NCBI GenBank assembly: GCA_964390615.1
Contig: CAYMIC010000001.1
Span: forward strand, 1 to 53,158
Source: an uncultured Candidatus Saccharibacteria bacterium
GTDB taxonomy: Bacteria; Patescibacteriota; Minisyncoccia; Phycocordibacterales; UBA9973
Direction of reading: 5' to 3'
Length of the DNA stretch: 53,158 nt
The notes beneath the pieces were generated by a model. It ran no database searches and was not told the DNA's origin. It saw nothing but the letters and a program-made list of their open reading frames with translations. Numbering within the stretch: the first letter of the stretch is position 1; each line of letters begins with the position of its first letter. The position numbers were made by a program, and so were the translations under genes. Shown here one piece after another: positions 29,091 through 36,012 of the stretch.

Positions 29091-29399
29091 TTATTTCTTT
29101 GCCTTCAACTCTTTTCTCTTTAGAGTTGGCTTTTTCTTAGAGAGCACATTGATGGACTTACCTTCAATGATTTTTTCTTTAACTAGAAAGTTGTGCATAG
29201 TGTCTGAAAGTTTTGCACCTTTACTGATCCAGTACTTTATCTTTTCACCATCAAAAGAAGTAGTGCCTGCCTTAGGATTGTAAGTGCCTACCACTTCCAA
29301 AAACTTACCACTCTTGGCTGCGTTTTTAGAATCAGTTAAAACTGCCCGAAAAGCTGGGTCGTTCTTTCTACCTATTCTTTGTAATCTGATTTTTAACAT
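29091..29399 (-). CDS. rpsP: 30S ribosomal protein S16
   Basis: 102 aa starting MLKIRLQRIGRKNDPAFRAV, with a Lys-rich tail. Confidence 0.93.
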   Translation of the reverse strand: MLKIRLQRIGRKNDPAFRAVLTDSKNAAKSGKFLEVVGTYNPKAGTTSFDGEKIKYWISKGAKLSDTMHNFLVKEKIIEGKSINVLSKKKPTLKRKELKAKK

Positions 29400-29405
29400 A
29401 GAAAC

Positions 29406-29433
29406 AATGTATCACAATTCCTTAAAATTGCAA
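29406..29433 (-). promoter_or_regulatory. Putative rpsP promoter (leaderless geometry)
   Basis: Minus strand reads TTGCAA (29433-29428), 16 nt including TGa, TACATT (29411-29406), then 6 nt to the ATG at 29399. Confidence 0.45.
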
Positions 29434-29439
29434 ATAGCT

Positions 29440-30375
29440 TTAGTTGGAAGAGATTCCATAGCCACCTGACTGATAGACTGAACCTGAGGATGAAGACGAG
29501 CGACTATAAGACCGAACATTAGTATAACCCTTCACAGATTTTTGACGAGTTTTGTTCTTGTAGCCTTTGACGTCGTAGTCACCATCAACATCGTTATAAC
29601 CTTTTACATCATAATCACCATCTACTTCATAGAAACCCTTGATACTGTAAAAACCTTGAACTTGGTAAAATCCTGGAATTTCGTAGTAGCCTTTAATATT
29701 GTAAAATCCTGGAACTTCATAAAAACCTGGCACAGTGTAAAAACCGGGAATTTCATAGAAACCTTTTACGGTGTAAAAACCCTTTACTTCACTATAACCC
29801 AAGATAGTATAGTACCCCTTTATATCAACATCAGAATATCCGTCGATAACATAGTATCCTAAAACTGCATAGCTTCCAGGAACACTATAGTGTCCAATTA
29901 CAGAGTAATGACCAGGAATAATATAATATCCATTGATTACATAACTACCAGGCACGCTATAACTTCCAGTAATCGAATAACTACCAGGAATAAAGTAACT
30001 CCCTGGAATACTATAACTACCAACTACGGCGTAACTTCCTGGTACAAAATACTGTCCGTTGATTATGTAACTTGCTGGAACAGTATAACTTCCTGGAATC
30101 ACATATTGTCCATTGATGATGTAACTACCTGGTATGACGTACTGACCGGAAATAACATAATGCCCACCACTGACATAACTACCAGGGATTGGATAGTCTC
30201 CATCAATCACATAGTTTCCATGAACATCAAAATGCCCCGGGATTATGTAGTGTCCGTATATTTCATAAGATGGGCCACAGTCGCAAGGGCAACCACAAGA
30301 AGCTTCAAGAGGTCCTGAAGATATGGCAAAAAGGCCAAAAACAAAGAGTATTCCTAAAAGGTATTTATATTTCAT
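29440..30375 (-). CDS. Secreted Tyr/Gly-rich hexapeptide-repeat protein (novel repeat; function unknown)
   Basis: 311 aa. Signal peptide MKYKYLLGILFVFGLFAISSGPLEA, Cys cluster CGCPCDCGP, then about 39 consecutive units x-Y-x-[VI]-x-G (for example SYVIPG, QYVIPG, SYSIPG, FYEIPG, DYDVKG), and a Ser-rich tail. Confidence 0.8.
   Translation of the reverse strand: MKYKYLLGILFVFGLFAISSGPLEASCGCPCDCGPSYEIYGHYIIPGHFDVHGNYVIDGDYPIPGSYVSGGHYVISGQYVIPGSYIINGQYVIPGSYTVPASYIINGQYFVPGSYAVVGSYSIPGSYFIPGSYSITGSYSVPGSYVINGYYIIPGHYSVIGHYSVPGSYAVLGYYVIDGYSDVDIKGYYTILGYSEVKGFYTVKGFYEIPGFYTVPGFYEVPGFYNIKGYYEIPGFYQVQGFYSIKGFYEVDGDYDVKGYNDVDGDYDVKGYKNKTRQKSVKGYTNVRSYSRSSSSSGSVYQSGGYGISSN
29563..30270 (-). repeat. 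18-nt periodic coding repeat (about 39 units)
   Basis: Covers aa 36-271 of the repeat protein. One unit is expanded to 8 aa (YSDVDIKG). Units diverge at the DNA level. Confidence 0.85.
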
Positions 30376-30384
30376 TACCTATAT

Positions 30385-30413
30385 AGTATAGCATATTCAA
30401 ACCAATTTGTCAA
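30385..30413 (-). promoter_or_regulatory. Near-consensus promoter of the repeat-protein gene
   Basis: Minus strand reads TTGACA (30413-30408), 17 nt ending in TGc, TATACT (30390-30385), then 9 nt to the ATG at 30375. Confidence 0.55.
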
Positions 30414-30435
30414 TATGCCTAGGATATGCTATATT
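30407..30435 (+). promoter_or_regulatory. rnr promoter, divergent and sharing the -35 region
   Basis: TTGTCA (30407-30412), 17 nt ending in TGc, TATATT (30430-30435), then 6 nt to the ATG at 30442. Confidence 0.55.
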
Positions 30436-30441
30436 TAAGGC

Positions 30442-32373
30442 ATGAAAACCCCTAAAAACCGCCTGTCCGGCACTATCTCTATCACCGCCAAAGGTACTGG
30501 TTATGTCACTCCTCTCGGCACCATCGGCAAGAAAAATAAAGATGAAGATATCGAAATAGATTTCAAACACTTAAACACCGCACTCCATGGCGACACGGTA
30601 GAGATTTCCCTGCTCCCTAAAACTAGTAAACGCATTCAAGGTGAAGTGATACAAGTTGTCACTAGAGCCAAAACAAAATTCGCTGGAGTCCTAGAAAACG
30701 AAGGAGGTATTTTTTACCTTCGCCCAGACGACATCAAAATGTATACAGATATAATAGTATTAGAAAAAAATTTAGCTGGCGCAAAACATGGAGACAAAGT
30801 CATAGTCTCGATGTCTCCTTGGACAGATCATCGTAAAATGCCGGAAGGTGTCGTCGCTAAAGTCGTTGGACGCCCAGGAGACAATGATGCCGAAATGCAC
30901 TCGATTGCTCTTGAAAAAGGTTTTGACTTTGACTTACCAGAAAAGGTTCACAGCGAAGCAAAAAAAATAAACCAAGCCAAAATTACAGAAAAAGATTATG
31001 CCGGCCGTCGAGACTTTCGCAAAGTACTAACCTTTACTATCGACCCCGCAGATGCAAAGGACTTTGATGATGCTATATCTTTTGTTGAATTAGGAAAAAA
31101 TCTTTTTGAAGTTGGAATACATATCGCTGACGTCTCCTACTATGTCCGCCCTGGCAGCGAACTCGATCACGAAGCACAAGAGCGAGCAACTTCGGTTTAC
31201 TTGGTGGACCGTACTATCCCGATGCTACCTGAAATTCTATCAAACGACCTCTGTTCCCTAGTACCAAACCAAGATCGCCTCACCATGAGCGCAGTATTTG
31301 AAGTAGATACAGAAGGAAAAGTTCACAAAGAATGGTATGGACGCACTGTGATTCATTCTCAAAAAAGATTTACCTACGAAGATGCAGAAAAGAGTATTCA
31401 CGAAAATTCTGCACCACTACACAAAGAACTTGAAATCCTAAATAACATTGCTAAAAACTTAACCAAGGAAAGATTTAAAAAAGGAGCCATATCTCTCGAA
31501 GCTGATGAAGTAAAATTTGTCCTAGATTCGCAAGGTGTTCCACTAAAAGTTATCAAAAAAGTTCGCGGAGACTCCAATAAACTAATTGAAGAATTCATGT
31601 TGCTTGCCAACAGAAAAGTAGCTGAAACAGTTTCTAAAAAATGGAAAAAAGAAGGAGTATTTATCTACCGTGTCCACGACGCACCATCAAAAGAAAAAAT
31701 GGAAGACCTCGCTTATTTCTTGCGCGGACTAGGACAGAAAGTTATCTTGAAAGATGGAATAATCCCAAACTACGAGATCAACAACATCATGAAACGTCTC
31801 GAAGGTAAAACCGCCGAAGATACTCTTCACCGCATGGTGATCCGCTCTATGGCTAAAGCTATCTACACCACCGTAAATATCGGACACTATGGACTCGCAT
31901 TTGCATACTACACCCACTTTACTTCCCCTATCCGTCGCTACCCAGACATCATGGTACACCGCATGCTCTCGGCATTCCTCGAAGGCAAAAAAGTAGAGAA
32001 GGATAAATTAAAAGAATTCGAAAGCCTGGCTCGAAAATCCTCAGAACAAGAAAAGAAAGCTGCTGAGGCTGAACGTGCTTCTGTAAAATACAAACAAGTA
32101 GAATATATGAGCAAGAGAATCGGCGAAACATTCTCTGGAATAATTTCTGGAATCACCGAATGGGGTTTATATGTCGAAGAAGTAGAAACCAAGTGTGAAG
32201 GCTTGGTCAAAGTCCGAGATCTCAATGATGATTTTTATATCTTTAACGAAAAGAAACTTGAATTAGTGGGTCAGAAAAAGAAAAAGAAATACACCCTCGG
32301 CGATAAAGTAAAAATGAAAGTAAAAGGTGTCGACTTGGAAAGAAAAACTATCGACTATATACTAGTATCATAA
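30442..32373 (+). CDS. rnr: Ribonuclease R (RNase II/R family 3'-5' exoribonuclease)
   Basis: 643 aa. RNB motif FTIDPADAKDFDDAISF, HYGLAFAYYTHFTSPIRRYPD, and a C-terminal S1 domain FSGIISGITEWGLYVEE. Confidence 0.9.
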   Translation: MKTPKNRLSGTISITAKGTGYVTPLGTIGKKNKDEDIEIDFKHLNTALHGDTVEISLLPKTSKRIQGEVIQVVTRAKTKFAGVLENEGGIFYLRPDDIKMYTDIIVLEKNLAGAKHGDKVIVSMSPWTDHRKMPEGVVAKVVGRPGDNDAEMHSIALEKGFDFDLPEKVHSEAKKINQAKITEKDYAGRRDFRKVLTFTIDPADAKDFDDAISFVELGKNLFEVGIHIADVSYYVRPGSELDHEAQERATSVYLVDRTIPMLPEILSNDLCSLVPNQDRLTMSAVFEVDTEGKVHKEWYGRTVIHSQKRFTYEDAEKSIHENSAPLHKELEILNNIAKNLTKERFKKGAISLEADEVKFVLDSQGVPLKVIKKVRGDSNKLIEEFMLLANRKVAETVSKKWKKEGVFIYRVHDAPSKEKMEDLAYFLRGLGQKVILKDGIIPNYEINNIMKRLEGKTAEDTLHRMVIRSMAKAIYTTVNIGHYGLAFAYYTHFTSPIRRYPDIMVHRMLSAFLEGKKVEKDKLKEFESLARKSSEQEKKAAEAERASVKYKQVEYMSKRIGETFSGIISGITEWGLYVEEVETKCEGLVKVRDLNDDFYIFNEKKLELVGQKKKKKYTLGDKVKMKVKGVDLERKTIDYILVS

Positions 32374-34283
32374 TGAACTGGCGATCTCGATCCAAATTAA
32401 AAATTATTTTATACACTCTCCTACCAATTGTCGTGGGAATTTTGTCCGTGTCCTTGGTATGGAATCTTTCAAGCGCAAAAAAAATATCGCAATCTGCGAA
32501 CATTCAAAAAATCTCTGAAGATGTAAGCGGAGCAACTCCAGTCGAGGGTGATGCTTCAGACGGCAAACCAAAGTATTTTTACTTTAACAAAGGGCAATCT
32601 CAGAAACCCAATCTCTCCGCTGAAGCCTATATCGTGGGCGACCTAAATACTGGAGAAATAATTTTAATTAAAAACCAAGACAAGAGATATCCTATCGCCT
32701 CAGTTTCTAAACTGATGACTGCCCTAGTAGCCAACGACTTAAAAGGAGATGGAGACATAGCTCAAGTATCCGCCAGAGCACTCGCTACTTATGGACAAAA
32801 TGGTGGATTTTATACTGGAGAAAAAATAAAAATTTCAGATTTGTTTCATCCACTTCTCCTCGAGTCTTCAAACGATGCTGCCGAAATCATAGCAGAATAC
32901 TTTGGCCGAGATAGATTTTTACGAGAAATGAACGATCATGCAGCAGGATTAAAAATGACTTCAACTTTTTACAATGATCCTTCTGGACTCTCAGCCCAAA
33001 ATCAATCCACTGTATCAGATTTATTTAAAATGGCTGGCTACATCAGCCAAAAAGAACCAGAACTTTTAAAAATCACTACTGAAAAAAGTTATTCTAATAA
33101 AAAACACACTTGGTTTTCAAACAATCAATTCTTGCACAAACCAGAATACCTAGGCGGCAAAAGCGGTTATACTGACCCCGCTCGCCAAACAGTCGTATCA
33201 CTTTTTAATCTACCACTTGGAGAAAATATCAGTCGACCAGTGGGTATAGTTTTGCTTCGTAGCCAAGACCGACAAAGAGATGTAAATAGCATTTTGAATT
33301 ACTTAAAAAAGTATGTTTACTATGGTGGAGCATCTGATGCCAACTCAGACTGGATAAAAGAAAAACTTGATATTCCAGATATTTTTGATCCGACTTATGT
33401 GACCTTGAATTTCCTAGGTGATATCATGCTTGATCGTGGAGTACGAAACTCAGTCAATAAAAACTTTGGTGGAGATTATTCCCTACTCTTTGATAAAATG
33501 GAAGATTTCAAAGAAGCTGATATTGTATTTGCAAATCTTGAAGGTCCAGCTTCCAACAAAGGTAAAGATTTGAATAACTTATATTCTTTCCGAATGGATC
33601 CTTCGGTATTACCAGCTCTAAAAGGTGCTGGGTTATCCATAGTATCCGTTGCCAATAATCATGTCGGTGATTGGGGTCGTGAAGCTTACGAAGACACCTT
33701 GGCTCGTCTAACTGAAAATGAAATAGAATACACTGGTGGAGGCACAAGAGAAAAAGCAGAAAATCCAACTATCATAGAAAAGTATGGCATGAAGATAGGA
33801 TATCTAGGATTCACCGATGTCGGACCCACTTGGATGGAATCTAGCGGTGATATCCCCGGAGTACTTTTAGCCAGCGATCCTAGGTTTGAAGAAATTATTA
33901 AAAATGCTAGCGCCCAAGTTGATCAACTCATAGTCTCCTTTCACTGGGGTGAAGAATATAAAACAAAACACAATGCTCGCCAAGAAAGCCTCGCGCACAA
34001 AGCCATCGACGCTGGGGCCAAAATCGTTGTTGGACACCATCCACACGTCATGCAAGACACCGAAGTATATAAAAATGGCTACATCATCTACTCACTCGGC
34101 AACTTTATCTTTGACCAAAGATTTTCCAAAGATACAACCGAGGGAATGCTCGCTGAAGTAAAAATAAAAAAAGACGGCTCTATCACCGTCCGCAAAAATA
34201 TAGTCAAATCGAACTCCCTCTTCAAGCCATCCGAAATAGTCAAAGCTAAAGAAGAAATCATTAAATTCCTCCCCGTGCAATAA
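32373..34283 (+). CDS. Fusion protein: serine DD-carboxypeptidase (peptidase S11/PBP5-like) plus CapA/PGA_cap metallophosphatase-like domain
   Basis: 636 aa with an N-terminal TM. PBP motifs ASVSKLMT (SxxK), ESSNDAAE (SxN) and GGKSGYT (K[ST]G). CapA motifs from about aa 340: FLGDIMLDRG, ANLEGP, VANNHVGDWG, SFHWGEEY, GHHPHVMQ and YSLGNFIFDQ. The start overlaps the rnr stop (taATG). Confidence 0.85.
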   Translation: MNWRSRSKLKIILYTLLPIVVGILSVSLVWNLSSAKKISQSANIQKISEDVSGATPVEGDASDGKPKYFYFNKGQSQKPNLSAEAYIVGDLNTGEIILIKNQDKRYPIASVSKLMTALVANDLKGDGDIAQVSARALATYGQNGGFYTGEKIKISDLFHPLLLESSNDAAEIIAEYFGRDRFLREMNDHAAGLKMTSTFYNDPSGLSAQNQSTVSDLFKMAGYISQKEPELLKITTEKSYSNKKHTWFSNNQFLHKPEYLGGKSGYTDPARQTVVSLFNLPLGENISRPVGIVLLRSQDRQRDVNSILNYLKKYVYYGGASDANSDWIKEKLDIPDIFDPTYVTLNFLGDIMLDRGVRNSVNKNFGGDYSLLFDKMEDFKEADIVFANLEGPASNKGKDLNNLYSFRMDPSVLPALKGAGLSIVSVANNHVGDWGREAYEDTLARLTENEIEYTGGGTREKAENPTIIEKYGMKIGYLGFTDVGPTWMESSGDIPGVLLASDPRFEEIIKNASAQVDQLIVSFHWGEEYKTKHNARQESLAHKAIDAGAKIVVGHHPHVMQDTEVYKNGYIIYSLGNFIFDQRFSKDTTEGMLAEVKIKKDGSITVRKNIVKSNSLFKPSEIVKAKEEIIKFLPVQ

Positions 34284-34312
34284 AAAAGGCCACCTGAGAT
34301 TTTCAAGTGACC
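34282..34312 (-). terminator. Strand-specific terminator after the purO-like gene
   Basis: Minus-strand RNA forms GGUCACUUGA-AAAUC-UCAGGUGGCC (10 bp, two G-U pairs) followed by UUUUUU. Confidence 0.5.
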
Positions 34313-34321
34313 TGTGCTCCC

Positions 34322-35164
34322 CTAAAAACTACCAAAATCTTCGTGCTTATTCTTTACCTGAAAGTATGACTTCCCGTTTTGAAGATTAATTGCTTTTACA
34401 GCAACTGAGATACGATTGTCTGGATGGAGTGCATTCCAATACGCATATATAATATCTCCCGGACTACCTGGAAGTTTCATTAAGTATGGCTCTCCTGAAA
34501 AAGCAACAAGTGGTGCTGTATTATCCTGCTTCATTGGATACATCTCACCTTGTGGTTTTTCGTAGGTAGTTACACAATATCCATACCCAGGTTCAAAATC
34601 TTCATAGAGATGAACAGAGGATTCAACTCCCATTCCAAATGGAGATTTTTTACATATGCAAAACATAGCGCTGTAATCCATTTGAGAACTACCTTCCGAA
34701 AGATGAGCACCCAACAATCCACTTATCCTTGGTGTGAAGTTTGGCTCATCTGGTTCATAGATCCACTCAGACAAAAACTCGTCGAGAGACATTGTATCGC
34801 CAATGCAAAGTAAATCTTCTGTCTGATGACCATTACTTACTGCGTACCAACCAGCAGTAACAATATCGTGAGGAGTTTTTTCTTCCATTTCAATGTCTTC
34901 CATCATCGCATTGTAGATAATGAGAGATGGGTCTTTGACTTTCGAAGGATCTGCTGGCGCGGTTGCCAAGGTTCCCTCTTCGGTCACGACAAAGATACGA
35001 TTCTGAGAATTTTCACTTCTTCCCGTAATCCAATAAACTTGGACGAGGAATTTTCCATCCTCACTCAAGCCCATTACAATTCCACGACCTGGATACCAAA
35101 AACTATTATAGGTGTCCAGCCTGTGGTCAGCATCCATTTTAAGTACTTCTGCTCTTGTAGCCAT
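34322..35164 (-). CDS. purO: PurO-type (archaeal-type) IMP cyclohydrolase family protein
   Basis: 280 aa. YPGRGIVMGLSEDGKFLVQVYWITGRSENSQNR, AVSNGHQTE and YEPDEPNFTPRISG match the motifs I recall from PurO (Y.GR...G...GRS..S.NR, VSNGSHTD, YE.DE.NTPRI). Confidence 0.65.
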   Translation of the reverse strand: MATRAEVLKMDADHRLDTYNSFWYPGRGIVMGLSEDGKFLVQVYWITGRSENSQNRIFVVTEEGTLATAPADPSKVKDPSLIIYNAMMEDIEMEEKTPHDIVTAGWYAVSNGHQTEDLLCIGDTMSLDEFLSEWIYEPDEPNFTPRISGLLGAHLSEGSSQMDYSAMFCICKKSPFGMGVESSVHLYEDFEPGYGYCVTTYEKPQGEMYPMKQDNTAPLVAFSGEPYLMKLPGSPGDIIYAYWNALHPDNRISVAVKAINLQNGKSYFQVKNKHEDFGSF

Positions 35165-35247
35165 ATTTTAAATTGTTTTTAGTTATGAAATTGTTTAAAA
35201 AGCTTTGAGCGAATATTGCCATTTTATTTAGATATAGTCAAGAAAAT

Positions 35248-35279
35248 AAAAAAACCACCGGAGATTGCTCTCTGGTGGT
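35248..35279 (-). terminator. Terminator after 35306..35938
   Basis: Minus strand reads accaccag-agagcaatct-ccggtggt followed by ttttttt. Confidence 0.55.
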
Positions 35280-35305
35280 CCTTGCCTATTCTCATGTTTA
35301 ACTTT

Positions 35306-35938
35306 TTATTTAATAAGCCCCTGCCATGTATCTTCCAAAGACTCCACGGTCAGTTCACTCTCCACAAGATCACTGTAGAACTGTTGAAGTGGAGAACCTG
35401 CGAGGTGATAGTAAGAGCTACGACGTTTCCAAATCTTTCTTTTAAGATCTGATATTACTTGGTCTTTGTCGAAAGACAATTCACCTAGATCAATAAGTAT
35501 AACTCTTCCCCTATTATCTACTCCGGTATTTAAATGGAAATTAAATATTTTTTCATGTATACCAAAGCCCCACAGGTACTTTATGAGATAGATGTATCGT
35601 CTCAAGAAAAGTTTACTCTCTTCGAGAGAATATCTTTTTAATAAGACACTCGCAGGTATTACTTTGTCTTGTAGGTAAAAAAATTCACCATCATGAATCA
35701 ATGGATTCCCTAAAAAATTCTGGTCGAGATTAGAATTTTTTAAAATAAAACTCAAACCTAAAAGCGAGTTTTTAAAATCCTTATTAACCCTTGTGATTTC
35801 ACCTTTCAAAATATCTTTGGGTCCACCTTGGACGAGAATAACAAGAAATTGACTCCAAAATGATCTCTTCCTCTTTAAAACCCTACCATTTCCAAGATCA
35901 TACACTACTGATTGCCAGCCTGTGCCTATTTTTTTCAT
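35306..35938 (-). CDS. Hypothetical protein with weak protein-kinase-like (Bud32/RIO-like) features
   Basis: 210 aa. Gly-loop-like IGTGWQSVVYDLGNGRVLKRK and DFG-like VILIDLGE. The expected HxD reads HEK, so the assignment is tentative. Confidence 0.55.
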   Translation of the reverse strand: MKKIGTGWQSVVYDLGNGRVLKRKRSFWSQFLVILVQGGPKDILKGEITRVNKDFKNSLLGLSFILKNSNLDQNFLGNPLIHDGEFFYLQDKVIPASVLLKRYSLEESKLFLRRYIYLIKYLWGFGIHEKIFNFHLNTGVDNRGRVILIDLGELSFDKDQVISDLKRKIWKRRSSYYHLAGSPLQQFYSDLVESELTVESLEDTWQGLIK

Positions 35939-36012
35939 GTAAAGGAATTTATACGTTATTTAGAAAATTCTAAATACAAAGTAACACTTCCTAAGCTTTC
36001 AGTCAAGAAAGC

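Noticed and set aside
29563-30270. Regular short-period repeat that could be mistaken for a CRISPR-like or satellite array
   Set aside because: The period is 18 nt with no repeat/spacer alternation, the units are divergent, and the whole block lies in one open reading frame encoding a coherent hexapeptide consensus. No cas genes are present in the window.
29542-30318. Two long plus-strand ORFs (29542..29862 and 29890..30318) opposite the hexapeptide-repeat gene
   Set aside because: These are mirror-frame artefacts of the 18-nt periodic minus-strand gene. Their translations are low-complexity and I/V/T/N-rich, with no promoter or start context. The minus-strand ORF has a signal peptide, a consensus promoter and fits the gene spacing.
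35216-35452. Plus-strand ORF of 78 aa spanning the 35165-35305 spacer
   Set aside because: It runs across the terminator hairpin of the minus-strand gene and into that gene's 3' end. It has no promoter and no recognisable family.
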